From NCBI GenBank assembly GCA_028534125.1, contig CM052817.1, positions 10,790,001-10,854,000 of the forward strand: DNA of 64,000 nt, in the 5' to 3' direction. Every line of letters starts with the position of its first letter. Position 1 is the stretch's first letter. The notes beneath the pieces are model-generated. The model saw only the letters and a program-made list of their open reading frames with translations, made no database searches and had not been told where the DNA came from. This document shows positions 38,349-51,900 of this stretch, one piece after another. A program made the position numbers and the translations under genes. Origin of the DNA: Lama glama. Its lineage: Eukaryota.

Positions 38349-39967
38349 GCAAAAAGATCACAGTATTTAACTCATCTTTCCTTCTCATGATGGTGTCTCA
38401 AAGCCTCCTCTAGTCAGACATTGCTATCAGCTATGTGGTTGGGGAGAAAAAGAGGAGTTTGGTGCTGAAGCTGAGAGAAATGAGGGAATAACTGAAGCAT
38501 CTGGATTCTTGGGGTGAAGGAGGGTTCAAGAGGGTTCAGAGAAGGGACAGGAGCAACAGACAAAGAAGGAGGAATGTTTAGAATAGTGGGCCCCAAATGC
38601 TCCAGGATGAAGAGCCTTCTCTTTTGTAAAAGGAGGAAGGGGAAACTTTCTACCTTGAAAAGAAAAAAAGATTCTTAAAGCCACTCGTGTTCATTACATT
38701 CATGTAGACAAGTAAAAAAGAATCCCATACAATACAGCCAGAATTTGCCCCACTCACTCAAAGATAGCGGTTGTACAGACCCCTATTACAGGGATCATCT
38801 GTACTAACAGGATATAATGTCATATATAAAATTATCATGACATACTGCCTCACAAAAGAAAAGGTATTTTGTTATGGTTTATTGATGGTGAAAATTCACA
38901 GGGACAAAGACCTGATTTAGCACCGATACCCAGTGAAATGCAGCAGTGCATAACTGTAAGTGACCTAATCAGACTACAGATTAAGTTTTGTGCACGTGTC
39001 TTCTTACCTTGTAATATCACGCTCCCCGCCATACACACACACACAGTTAACTACTCCACTCACACAATCAGGAATAAATAGGCCCAATAATTTCTTTAAA
39101 ATATATGCTATGCATCCACTATGTTTAAGGTACTGTGCCCAGGCACTGCATATGCACTTGTGAAATTTAAAGAAGAGAAAAAACAGATATAATGCCTGGT
39201 TTTGGGTTTTTTTAGCATTTTTATTTTAGTAGGGGAAATCTGACTCAGTTGTGAGATGTTTCATGTGTGATTTTTCTTTAACTAAAATCTAATTTTTAAA
39301 ATTGCAAAGGATTCTCTTTTTAAATAATGAATTAGAGTGAATTCAACTTTATATCGTGGGTAACATCACTCACTCTGACACTTGGAATTTGCTGTCTTGA
39401 GAGAGAGAGAATGGGATGGAGTTACAATTAGAACTGAGGAAACTGTAGATAGCAACCTTGTGTTTCTCCCTGATAGAGCACTGCATGGATGAGCATTTTG
39501 TCATAATTCTCTATTATAACTGACAAAAAAAAAAAGCAAGAAGCAATGCTTTTTAGATCACACAGTTGGTGGTTCTGTGGGTGGACATAGTTCCTATGAA
39601 ATGAGCTATGGATCTTCTGCAAATACCTTCTACTGCAGTTCTTAAAAGTAAAATGATCTCCATTGCTATTGGCAAAGGAGGAATGGAACAGGTGTGAGTG
39701 AATATGATTGTAACAAGGATAGCAAATCTTCTCCAAGGGGGTCCCTGTGCTCGGCACTGGGACATGGGTATGAGTCAGAATGTCCCATACCTTGTGGGAG
39801 CTCATGGTTGAAATGAGGCAGAAAGTGGGCAAAGTTATCCACAGATACAGTATAATAGTCCAGCTCACAGTTAGATCAACTGTTGGAAGGAATAATAATT
39901 TGCAGAGTTTTCACCAAGGGGGTGAGTACTGGAGGATAAGGATGGTTTGTCCAGTAAAGAAGGAAGT

Positions 39968-40077
39968 GAGGTGCATGGATATAGCTCAGTGATAGAGTAC
40001 ATTCTTAGCATGCATGAGGTCCTGGGTTCGATCTCCAGTACTTCCATTAAGAAAAATTAAATTTAAAAAAGAGAGAG
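39968..40077 (+). mobile_element. Vic-1-type SINE (short form)
   Basis: atagctcagtgatagagtacattcttagcatgcatgaggtcctgggttcgatctccag; TSD agaaggaagt (39958-39967, 40078-40087); sits inside an L2. Confidence 0.9.
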
Positions 40078-41319
40078 AGAAGGAAGTAGAAGGATGTCAT
40101 TCCAGGCAGAGGAACAGCAAATGCAAAGGCACTAGTGTATGTGTGAAGAACTCAGGGAATCTGCAGAACCAACAAGAGAGGGACAAGGCCAGAAAGGTGA
40201 GCTAGGGCCAGATGAAGAAGTACCTGATGCCATGTTATGTTTGGATTTACTCCTGACAGCCAATGTTTGCAAAGAAGAGCACATAGACTCTTGTTGGCAC
40301 CAGATTAGAAACAATTTTAAAATCATTTATTTACTTATTCTAATTTTCCTTCATGCTTAATGAAAATAAACTGAGCAAGCAAACAACAGCAACAACAACA
40401 AAAAAAAAACCTGAGAACATGGAAATGGAAATTTAATGAAGATTACTGTTCAGGACAAGGGTCAGGTTTTTAAAAAAAAGAAGAGTTAGTGAACTTTAAG
40501 ACAATATTAAGGAAAGCATTGTGAAGATGATACAAAAATACAGAAAAAAAACATAAAGTGGGGAGGCAAATGATGGCGGTGTGAGGAACACTGTGATGTA
40601 GAGTTAAATATGGGCGTCACAGGTGTGACATGACAGTATTTGTAGGGCATCATTTGTGGGTTGTGCTATGCTCCCTGGAAGATCGCTCAAGCAGCGGAGT
40701 AGAGGATGAGCTAAGATTAGGGAGGGGAGGCATGGGACTCTGGGTTGGGGGACCAGAGTGGTCCAAGAAAGAGACCACGGGGACTGAAACTACAGCAAGT
40801 GATGCTGCTGATGGAGACAAGGAACAGATTTGAATATACTTCCCCTACTTCCTGTCAAAATAGCGCATAGCTTGGCAAGCAGGCAGGAAATGAGGAGGAT
40901 AGCATGGCTTTTTCCCAGATTATTATCATTTATGCTTCCTTTCCTATTTATTAGTATTAAAATCATAATGTCATGTGAGAGTGGTGTTTTCTTCCAGTGC
41001 CCGGAAGCTGCAGTTCTAAGTGCTCATAAATATCTTTGGGAATGGATGAACCAGAGAGGATGAAAATGGACTTTCTGAGTTAGTCATTAGAGCATCTGGG
41101 CTTAACTGCCGGCCACTTATGACTAGCCACATGCAACGAAATGCCGCTTTGAAGTTCATTAGTTGCCATCAAATATAAAAGAGGAGCCAATTTAGACCAG
41201 GTGGATTGATGGTTCTTTTAATTCCCTCTTTTTTGATGGTCTGAGTAATTCAAGATTCAACAGTTCCAACAAACATTGTTGATGGTGGGGAAGGGAGAGA
41301 AGGTAACACGGTAGGTACC

Positions 41320-41840
41320 ATTTCAATATTTCCCATTTGGCATTCATCTTCATTTCCTCTCCTATCAGCACCCAAAAAAACTACTCTTCTCCCACATTAA
41401 TCCTTGACTGTGGATGACTCTAACCCCATCCCTTGCCCTCCAGCCAATTACAAGTCTCAAGTGTGGACGATTAGAATATCTCATCCCTATGGCCAGAGTG
41501 GCTGGGACACAACCAAGAAAATGGCACCAGCCCAGCCAAGTAGATTCCGTCTCAGCACATTTTTCTGGAACTACTCCACAGAGAAGCACTTTTTCTATTT
41601 AGATGCAAACTTGAAGTGCTAGAGGGCCACATGGGGCAGGAGAATGAAGCCATCCAGAGAGACATGGACTTTCAGGTGACAAAGTATCTCTACCTGGATG
41701 TCATTGTTTGGTCCTTCAGATTGTTTCTCTCCCTGGACTTGGCAGTTTTGTGAGAAAATACCACCCCCATCCCCATTTTTTTCTTCTTCAGGGCAATTTG
41801 AATTGGGTTTCTGTCACCTGCGACCAAAATTCATTACCCA
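41320..41840 (+). mobile_element. MLT1K-like MaLR LTR
   Basis: gagaatgaagcca...ccctggactt...tttgaattgggtttctgtcacctgc. Confidence 0.7.
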
Positions 41841-42458
41841 CTCCTTCTGCCCTTGATGTTCTAAAAAGCCGGGCTCCTTAAGAACAAATGCAACTGGGAT
41901 GGGATGGGGGAGGGGGGAGCAGTAGTGGAAAGGAAGCAAGCCTGACAGGGAGAGGATAAAGGTGTGTCTTAATTCAATTCTGCAAAGATTTATTGAGGGC
42001 TCGCTGGAGGAAAGACAGTGTGTTGGGTGAGGTCAGGCAGAAGCTCAGGGACACAAGGTTTAAGAAAATGGTCTGTGTGCATAAAATGATTAGAATCCAT
42101 GCAGGTGAGAACAAGGGTAGTGTTACCTCCTGCCTGTGCCTCTGCCAAAGCCCCCTCCACGGCCCCCTGCTCTCCTGCTCTGCACCTGTGATGTCATCCC
42201 CCATTCCAAAGAGAAAAGCTGAAAGCTCACCAACAGCCCTGTCACTCTATGCCCAATGTCTGGGCAAAATTAGCCCCTGGAAATTAGTTTGGAAGTATAT
42301 ATGAGCAAACAAAACCCCAAACTGGAAGGTCAGCACGCAGACTGAGTGATGATCTGTAAAAACCTTCCCCACAGCTTTGCCTCTTCTCTTCTGTGTGCGT
42401 CCCTCCAGCAACTGCATTTTACCTCCATGTACAAAATGGAGTATTGCATGAGACATGT

Positions 42459-42592
42459 GGAAGGGAAGAAAAAAGAAAGAAGGTGAAAGGTCAAAAAAGG
42501 AAAGGAGAAAGAGAGGGAAGGAAAGAAGGAAAGAAGGGAGGAAGGGAGGAAGGAAGGGAAGGAGGGAGGGAGGGAAGGAGGGAGAGAGGCAG
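42459..42592. repeat. Polypurine (GGAA/GGGA)n tract
   Basis: Direct reading. Confidence 0.9.
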
Positions 42593-43639
42593 AAATACTG
42601 GCTGCCTCTTGGAGTTTGTTGGCATGGAAACGTCATATATCTCTGAACAAAGATTTCAGTTCAATTGCAATACTATTGTGTATCAATCCAACAAAATAAC
42701 CCCTGGGTAGGCATCACAAAGCAATACCAAAGAAATACAAAGCTGAAGGGGAGTCTAAGATAAAAAGTTGGGGAGCTAGTCCCTGGAAATCCATAAAGAC
42801 TTGTCCAGGCTGGAAGCTGGGGTCAGGAAGCCAAGTCCCAGCTCAGCAGAGCTGGGAGAGGCAGCCCTTGCCTTTCTCCTCGTTGCTTAGCCAGCAGAAA
42901 TCAGATCTTTTGCAGATTCTGCCTGCCCTTCTATCCTGGAATAAGAAATGTGCGGCCACTTGTTGTGTCTGCACGCAGTGAGGACGGGTCTCCCTCCACC
43001 TCCCAGATGGAACCACTGGGTCTGTAAGCACTGCAAGAATTTAGCACGCAAAGCATCAACAGTGTGAATCCCTCTTGCTTTTATGGCAGAGCATCTCACT
43101 GTTTCTTCGTTGGAAACCCTTTTCTCTAGCCTCCCTTGCCAGCTGCTGGCTTCGAGCACACCTTTTCAAATTGAAGGACACATATTTATGGTTCCTCCTC
43201 TGAAACTAAAATCCACGAAAGGCGGTGTATCTGGGGAAAGGAAGAGTCCTTCAATCTTGAACATGCTGCTTAGTGAGTCAGCAAGCAGGCTAGTTCGAGG
43301 GAAATAATCAGAAATGTCTGTGAAAAACAAGAGCTGGGAAATAAAATAATGATGATGCTGTTTGCAGTTCTCATTAAGATTATAACCCCCACAGGAACCC
43401 AACAAGAGCAGTCCGTTCTTGCAGCAGGGAGAAGGGTATGTGTGTCCGTGTGTCTTGATGGCCAAAAATCTACAGTTAACCACCTCAAATGCCTTTTGAG
43501 AAGTAAGAACATAGAAGAAGTTGTAAATTAATATAAAACTCCAATTCATACCTGCCCCTATAAAGACTCATCAGCAAAACTGTGTGAGCCCAGACAGATA
43601 AAGGCACTGGATTGCTACAGACTGGCAACCCCTGAGAAT

Positions 43640-43960
43640 GGAGTGCACTGTCCTGTAAAGGATGTATCAGAGGACAGCAATGAAATCCACCTGGGTGGGG
43701 AGGATGGTCATTCAGGAGGGAGGCAAATGCATGGGGCGGGAAATCACACGGGTTGTTTGGGAAATGGTGATTGAGCCAGGAATCAGATTAGGAGTATGAG
43801 ATATGAAGACTGGCAGAGAAACCCAAAGAGGTAGTCTGGGGTTGGGTCATCCTATTTTAGGGAAATTTGAACTTTATTTATAGGCAGTGGGATGCCATGG
43901 GAGGTTTCAGAGCAGAGAGTGCTTTAATCAGATCTATGCTTTTTAAAAAGGCACTTTGAG
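43640..43960 (-). mobile_element. L2 fragment
   Basis: aatttgaactttatttataggcagtggga..ccatgggaggtttcagagcagagag...atcagatctatg. Confidence 0.6.
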
Positions 43961-44448
43961 ACTTAACCTTAGCATGAAACCCAGAGCAAGCACGTCAGGA
44001 AATTAACCTTTCTAAAATGATCTGTTCTGAACTTTTACGAGAAATTGGCTGTTCCAGGTATGGCAGGAGCACCAAGGTACCTTCAGAGAGAGGAACCCCT
44101 CTCTCTCATCCTTATTGCATTGTCCCAGGATCGTCAGGATCAGAGAGTGGACTTCTGGAGCCCCCTTCAGAAGTAACGCCAGCCATGCCTCGTCTGTCTC
44201 CACGTCTGGGGAGAGTTGTCAGTTCATCATACCCGATGCTCACATGGCCATTCATAGAAAAATCATAACTTCCTCCCTCTCAGAGCCCAGACAAGAGGTA
44301 GGTCAGTCAATGAGTGCATGAAAAATTCAAATTAAAGGAAAAAGGAAAAATCGGCTGCTTTTTGGTGCTTGTAGCATAGCAACATGCTACAATACCACTT
44401 AGAAACAGATTCTGGCTTTGCCCCCATCCTCACTCTCACGACCCTGGG

Positions 44449-44806
44449 TGCCTCGGTGGGTCCAGGCTGCCATCACAGAATGTCATAGATTGGGTGACTT
44501 CAGCAACAAACATGTATCTTGCACAGCCCGGGAGGCTGGGAAGTCCAAGATGAAGATGCCTGCGGATCTGGTGTCTGGTTAGGAGCCCACATTTTGGTTC
44601 ATAGGTGGCTGTTATCTCACTGTGTTCTCGCCTGGTAGAAGGGCCTAGGGAGTTCACTGGGGTCTCTTTTATAAGGACACAGATCCCAATCATAAAAGTG
44701 GAGTCTGATCACCTCCCAAAGACCCTGCCCTCAAATACTATCCCACTGGGGACTAGGTAGGTTTCAAAGCATGAATCTGGGGGACATAATCATTCAGTCC
44801 ATCGCA
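44449..44806 (-). mobile_element. MLT1A MaLR solo LTR
   Basis: ggaggctgggaagtccaagatgaagatgcc...tcacctcccaaagacc...cattcagtccatcgca. Confidence 0.88.
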
Positions 44807-46249
44807 TTGGTCAAATCCTAACTCCCCCCACCCCCAGTTCCTTGACCTCCTCAGCAATGACCTCCATCACTACCTCACTGATGGCACCATTACTACGATG
44901 TCACTTTATCCCCAAACGCAAGGCTTCTGTTTCCTCCCTTCTCCAGGTGATGCTCCCCTGACCCATTTCAAAAGCTCCCTCACTCGACACTCATCTACTG
45001 TCATCTACCCCCGATCACCCTTCTCTTTCCTTGTCTACTTCCAACTACCTTTCTCTACTCTCAACCACCCTGGTCTACCCTCCAGGATCCTCCTCTATCC
45101 CTGACTTCCCTCATCTACCTGTGACTACCCTTACCTCCTTTTGTGAATCTTTAAAATTCCTTGACCAGAGTCATATCTGCCCCCACAATATGGTAACAAC
45201 CATAGCAGTCGTGATGCCCTCTCCAACTCTGGCTTTTTTTTTTTTTTTTTGCTCAAAAATTTCTTTGGAATGAAGGATTAATACCACACTCATAATCCTT
45301 TATGTTTACTAGCAACTTAGATTGCCAAAGTCACTGTTATTTAATCCTCATAAGAATCCTCCAAAGAATGTGAGATTTTCCACTGAAGAAGAATTTAGTG
45401 GTTTCTGAAGGTGAGGTTATACCTGCGTGCAAGAATAAAGCCAAGGAACATGATACTATTCCTCCTCACAATAACAGAGTCCGTTTAGTGTCACACCAGC
45501 CTGTCCAGCTGTGTGGAAGGAACATCAGACCCCTGCATGTCACTTTCTTAGTCTCACAAGGAAGGCATCTGACAAATGAGGAATGTGAGGTTCAGGAAGT
45601 CCCTGTGACACACCCAGAGCCAGTCAACCAGCAAATGGCAGGACAAGATTGGATCCAAAGGTCCTCTAACTCTGAGTATTTCTTTGTACTGAAAATAAAC
45701 TCTTTCACACTCTGCCATATGCATTTATTCTTCATGGACATTTACATTTTCAAAGGAAAAAAAAAGTTCATCTTCAAGGTAAAGAAAACATTTTCTGTGG
45801 GAAGAGCCATCTGAAAAATTGTACCAGAATGATTTCAAGTTTCCATGGTCCCTCAAGTTAGACTTTGTACTTCTACAATCATAGCTGTTTCTAACACCAA
45901 AAAGAAAATAGGTCAGTTATTGAAGTTATCTCCCTTCTACTACCTTCCCTTCTATGTTATGCCTCTTTCTACTGCTGAGCACATTTAGCTCCCTTGAGTT
46001 AAAGCACCAGAAATGTGAGCTACTCTGTTACGCAAATACCAGGGGAAAGAGTGAGCGGGAAAAAAGGCAGAGTCTGCTCTGGTGAAGGTTCTTGAATCAT
46101 CGGGCTTTAAAGTAAACAGAAAGAAGAAACAGTGACCTGGCTTGATCTCATAAGCAGATGGGAGACTCTTACAGAATGTATGATGAAGAAAAACCAGGAA
46201 GGAAAAGGGAACTGGTGTTGACTGAGAGCAAAATGGCACAATGGCTGGG

Positions 46250-46450
46250 TAAGGTGTTCTAGCCCCAGCCCTACCTCCTAACTGTGTGACCAGTCTATGT
46301 CTCAGTTTCCTCATCTGTAAAATGGGAATGATGATAAAAATGGTACCCACTTCAAATGGGCCAGGGAGAGTCAAGGAGTTGATGGTGCAGCGTGTTTCAA
46401 ACAGAGCCTTGTGCATGGAAGAGGGCAGCATGCGTGAGAGTCCTGTCATT
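46250..46450 (+). mobile_element. MIR SINE
   Basis: ctcagtttcctcatctgtaaaatgggaatgatgata. Confidence 0.85.
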
Positions 46451-47449
46451 CATATACAGTCTTCTTGGGCACTCTTGGACCACTTCTTGGGCTGAATGCA
46501 TTAGGCTGCTTTGCTGGCAAATTGCAGAATCTCGTTGAGTTTCCAGAAAGAGGAGCTTCTCAAAAAATGCACAGGAAAGGAAGAATAGGAACTAGGTGCT
46601 CAGCCAGACCACATGGAGACTGGACTCTTGTTCACCAAATGGGAGACTCTCTTCTTTGCCATCTGATGACAGTCACAGCCGACTGGACAGTCCACCCTTC
46701 CCCCATCTTGTGCTGCACTGTTGGGGCGATGAATTGATTCTCCCTGCCATTAGGTGCCTTCAAATGCCACTAGAAGGATGATCTCACTGGTTCACTAGAT
46801 GAGTGTGGGTCTCGGCAGTTAAATCTCTTACTTACACAGTCTCTGACCAATGTATACATCAGTTGCCAATGAATGGGCTAAGGGCCCACCCTGATCCATA
46901 CACTGAGGTCTGAAGGGAAAGATGCTGGCATCAGCTTTCAGGAGTGGGGACCAGGGCAGGACAGCTATGAAGAGCACAGTAGATTCCCAGGAAATACAAA
47001 TGTTATTTCATTTTACCATACATAGCTGGTGAGATAGGCATTATTAAGTCCCATGTTTCAAAATACATCCCTCTGGCATGATTTTTTTAAGGGTGGTGGT
47101 TAGCCATAGACTTCAGTGGTAAGACCCAAGGGCAGACTTTTTGTTGACTTTAAACTTGAGCAGAGTTAGAATTCTCTAAGGGATGCTAATTCTGATGTAT
47201 TTTCATTTTCACTGATCCTTGAATATGCCAAGTAATAGAAACTCTGTAGCAGTGTTTATGACATTTTGATTTTTACTATGAGTTCTTGATTTTATTATCA
47301 ACTTTCCCAAGGAAGGATAAATACGTATTTGTTTAAGAAAGGAAGATGAGATTCAGAAAGAAGGAAAGGAGTGCGAAACAGCATTTTACAGCTGGGATTC
47401 CCCAAATTAGGTGCACGTCAAAATCACCTGGGAAGCTTGTTTTTCAAAA

Positions 47450-47600
47450 CAGCTTTTATTGAGGTATAATTTATGTATCACAAAATTCACTCATTTTAAG
47501 AGCACGGTTCAATACATTTTAGTAAACTTATGCAGTCATGCAACTATCACCACAATCCAGTTGTGACATTTCTGTCACCCCCAGATAGTCTCTCATGCTT
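47450..47600 (-). mobile_element. L1MB-type 3' end, nested in a MER5A-like element
   Basis: cagcttttattgaggtataattt...aaaattcactcattttaag...caactatcaccacaatccag; MER5A halves at about 47390-47440 and 48130-48210. Confidence 0.75.
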
Positions 47601-47639
47601 GGAAAGCTTTTAATTTTGATTTTGACTTTAAATCACTTT

Positions 47640-48060
47640 ATTTTCAAATTACAGAGAAAGCCATGGTTAACAGTATGGTGTATATTTCTCCACACTTTCG
47701 TCAATGTGTTTATGCACTTGCAAAAGTAAATAATAGCTACCTATATGTCAGACTTCTTGTTGTAAAATAAATAAGATCATAGCACACATTTTCTTCCCTG
47801 ACCTGCCTCTTTCAGTTGAAAATGTGCCTCAAAGATCCTTTTAAGTTGGTTCGTTTTTCTCATTCTCTTGTTACGTATCCCTAGTATTCCAGAGGATGTA
47901 TATAGCATAATTCATTTGGCCACCATTCCCCCTTTTGATGAAAATGTAGATTGTTTCTAATTTTTTCTTTTGATCACAAATAAAGCTGCAAGAGTGTCTA
48001 TGGACTAAACGCATGTGCATCTGTGCATTTTCCCAGAGGACAGAATCCTAGAAAACAACT
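47640..48060 (-). mobile_element. Ancient L1ME 3' fragment
   Basis: tagtattcca...gcataattcattt...tagattgtttctaattttt...acaaataaagctgcaa. Confidence 0.6.
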
Positions 48061-48349
48061 CCAAGAGGTTTGTTTTTTTTTTTTAAACCAGGCATACTAA
48101 CACCTTTCTTTTCCTTTCTAACTCAGTCCACCAAGAGGTTTGATTTATTGGGTCTGGATGGCTAGCAGGAAACTATATTTTTACAAAATACTTGCCCTAG
48201 AGATTCAGGTATAGCCAGCCTGGCACCATCTGCAGAAGGTCATTTTGGAGTCATGGTTTTAAAGTTTGTAGTCAGAGAAATGCAGGTTCAGATCCCAGCT
48301 CTGTCACTGCAGGTAGATAACCCTGGATACCACTCAACCCTGCTGGTCC

Positions 48350-48900
48350 ACCCACTCATTTGTTCTGCAGTTAGTCAAAGAGCACTGAGCACCATGTGTG
48401 TGCCAGGCGTAATTCTCAGCCAGCAGGTGAGAAAGACACATAAACAAATGAGTCAATACCATAAAGTGTCATGGATTCTATAAAGGGGAAGCTAATCTGT
48501 TGTATGTTCAGAGAAGGAGGTGCCTGGGGAAATCTGAAAATATTGTAGAAGAAGGAACACTTAGGGTGAGTCCTGAAATAGGGGAGGTTCCTGGCAAGTG
48601 ACCAAAGCCCACCCAGGCAGAGGAAACAGCATGGGCCAAGGCCAGGAGCTGTCTTGCATCAGGATTTCCTATGGTGCTGGGTGGAGGATGCAGCCAGAAC
48701 AGAGGCTGAGAGGGAGACTGGACTGTGGCTGACTTTATAGAGTGGACGAGCATCCTCTTGAAGGGTTGGAACATAGGATATACCATGGCAGGCTCACATC
48801 TTAGTACAAGATTTCCAGCCATGTGTGAAGGGAGAATAAAGAGGCTTGGGCAGGGAGACCCAGGTCAGAGAGCCAGTTCGTGTGAAGCCTTGTCATCACC
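48350..48900 (-). mobile_element. L2 fragment
   Basis: actgagcaccatgtgtgtgccaggc...ccaggcagaggaaacagcatgggccaaggcc. Confidence 0.65.
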
Positions 48901-49111
48901 CAGGCCAAGCTCTCTTTTCACGGCCCACACAAGGCTCCAGGGTGAGAACTCATTAGAAAGCCAGGTAGGGCCAGTTGACTCTTGTTGGCTTTCCCAACTG
49001 ATGAGCCAATTGTTCTCAGCTCTTCTTTAACCCAGCATAAATGAGTCCAGCATTTAACAGTATTTCAGCAACTGAGCTGTAACAATTGCAAATTCTAGTT
49101 CAGAAGCCAGG

Positions 49112-49552
49112 TGTGATGGTTCATTTTATATATCAACTTAACTGGCCCATGGTGCCCAGATATTTGATCAAACATTTATTCTGGGTGTTTCTGTGAGGGT
49201 GATTTTGGATGAGATTAATGTTTAAATCAGTGGGTTCTGAGTAAAGCAGATTGTTCTCCACATTGTGGTGGGCCTCGTCTAATTAGTTGAAGGCCTAACT
49301 AGAAAAAAAGACTCTCCTTCCCTGAGGAAAAGAAAATTCCAATAGCAGAAGCTTTCCAACTTGAACTGCAATACTGGAATATCCCTGGGTCTCCAGCCTG
49401 CTGGCCCACCCAGAAGATTTTGGACTTGGTAGTCCCCATAATCACATGAGCCAATTCCTTAAAATCTCCCCCTCTCTCTCTCTCTTCCCCTATATATAAA
49501 TATGTACATACAAACATCCAATTGGTTCTGTTTCTTAGAGAACCCCAATATA
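49112..49552 (+). mobile_element. MLT2B-like ERVL solo LTR
   Basis: tgtgatggttcatttta...gagtaaagcagattg...ataatcacatgagccaattcctta...ttggttctgtttct; TSD ccagg/ccaag. Confidence 0.88.
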
Positions 49553-50099
49553 CCAAGGAAGACAGTATGAGTCCTTAGCAGTTCTCCCAGAGGCTGGAAG
49601 CAGCCCCACAACCCCGTGGGAGTGCTCCTCATTATGGGGAGACAATGCAGAGTGTACTCCTCCCTTCATGCTCCAGGGATCTTCAGGTTCTCCCAGAAGC
49701 CAGTTTCAAGGAAGAATAAAGAGAAGCTATGGATCAGATTCCAGCCCAGCCTGAGTGCTCTAAGGTTGCAGGTGATGGATGAACAATCTAGGGACATAAC
49801 CTATCTCTCTGCAAATAACTGTCTCAATTACAGCCATTGTCAATAGATGTCTTTCCAGAACCTCCCACCCCCTTCACTCTTTATCTTGCTCCAAGACCTG
49901 ATAATGGCTTTACCCTGCTCAGAATGCCTGCTTTGCCTGTTTGTGGCTGTTGGCTTTTTGCTTTATTTTGTTCAGCTATTTGCACACTCACATCTCAAAA
50001 GTGAGGTCTGTATATTGAAAATTCCTTATATGTTTCCCCCTAGAGCAAAGACAGTAGTCATGCTAACATTTTTAATAGCACTTGATAGTGTGTGAAACA

Positions 50100-50450
50100 G
50101 AACTGGGTTTAATTGATCTCTTAGCCTCAACTATAAAATCTGTAGATTGGGGATGGTACTATAGTAATAGTACTCTAGTACCTCACAGACTCTTGTTATA
50201 AGTATTAATGAGAATATGCACGTCAAGTGCTTAGCAGAGTAACTGGCATTTGATAAATACTAGGTCCTTCCCCTATCCCCTCTACCCTATCTCATGGGAT
50301 TATTGTAATGAGCCCCTGAAGTAGACAGGACGTGATCAATGAACCCTGTTTCATAAATCAGGAAGATGGAACTGGAGGTAAATTGCATTATTCAGTCACA
50401 CAGCCAATGTGCAGAAAAGCCAAAACTTGAATGTAGACCTTCTGACTCCA
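50100..50450. mobile_element. Two adjacent MIR fragments in opposite orientation
   Basis: gtacctcacag...aagtgcttagcagagt (+), then gtcacacagcc...cttctgactcca (-). Confidence 0.55.
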
Positions 50451-51459
50451 ATGCGCTCATGCCTACACGCTCAGCTTATAAGGTTCATCACTGACTATGA
50501 GAAAATACACACACATCACACTCAGCAGATCAATGAATAAAACTTGTGTATTGCAGCAGTCTCTAGATCAGGCCAGATGAAAACTAAGTGTTGAATGATA
50601 AGTGTTCAACAAAGGGAAAACCTCCATCAACAGTTCTCGCTGAATTTCTCTGTCAAATCTTGAGTAGATCAGCAATACTTCAAATGCCCTAGCAGTGTGA
50701 AGGGCCCTGTGCTGTCTATCAGCCTCAGTCCAGACAGCGCCCATATGCAGGCTTTCCTTTTATGAAACTCGCAGCTAGTTTCCTGCAGCCCCTGCCTCGA
50801 GCGCGATCACCGTGACTCCGGTCTCCATCCTTCGTTTTCATTTCTTCTATTATCAGTTATCCACCTGAAACTCAAATTTTATCATGATCTTCACCTGCTT
50901 ATTAACAATTAAGCCCCCTCCCAATACTCCTGGGTTAAAGTCCAACTCTTCTCACAAGGCCGACATAACCATTCTTCATCCACTTAATCAACAAGTACTT
51001 ATTGAGCCCTCCAACGTGCTGGACAGAGCTCTGTGCTGGGGAAATCAAGGTCTCTGCTTTCACTCCAGTAGGGAAGATGGATCACAAGCAAGCAAACAAA
51101 ATAAACCACATATTTTCATAGAAAAACCTTACACTAACTCCTCCCACCACTTATGCCTTATATGCTGTTTATCTGGACCCCATTTTTCTACACTTCCAAG
51201 TACATCATGTTCTTTCTTACCTTCGCGACTATGTTCTTGCTTATTCCTCTGTTGGGAACGTCAATGACTCATCTCTACTTGGTCAAACGTATTTATCTTT
51301 TAAGGCACAGTCCATACCACCTCCTACATGAATTTTTCTTTTTAACTCAGTGTAGTTATATCCTCATATTACATACGAACTCCATTACATTTAAAATTTC
51401 TGTTATGGTTACATTTTTTATTTGTTTGCCCTCTTTAATTAGAGAATGACTAGAAAGGA

Positions 51460-51900
51460 CATGCTGTAGTATGACTGTAAAAAAATCCCTGATTTTTTAA
51501 GCTGCCTGCCCCCCGTCCGAGCTTTGCAGTCTGACTTATTAGCCGGTCCCATCAAAAGGTAGAATCTATTTCCAAACACCCTGAACGATCTGGACTAGCC
51601 TTGTACTTGCTTTGGTCAGTAGAATGTGGCAGAAGAGATGGGTTTCTTTGTCACTTCTGCTCTCTTGGAGCCCGGAGTCTGCTGTCAGAACAAGCATGGT
51701 GGATGGTGGATAAAAGACCTAATGGAGCAGAGTCAAGATAGCCCGGTGGTCCCAGGAAAGCCACAAGGCAGAATCAGTCACACCACTGGGCAAACCCATT
51801 CATTCACAAGCAGAATTAAATGCCTACTGCTCTGTGCCTTGTAAGGTTTTGGAATTGTTTGTGTTTTGCAGCCTTATTGTGGCCCAAGGACACTGATACA
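51460..51900 (+). mobile_element. MLT1 (H/I-type) MaLR LTR
   Basis: cccatcaaaaggtagaatctattt...acttgctttggtcagtagaatgtggcagaag...ctgataca. Confidence 0.7.

Noticed and set aside
42247..42710. Lys/Glu/Gly/Arg-rich and Pro/Phe/Leu-rich ORFs
   Set aside because: Artefacts of the polypurine tract.
50718..50830. REST/RE1-like agacagcgcc and a small CpG cluster
   Set aside because: Only a right half-site with a mismatch; left half and spacing are wrong; cluster too short.
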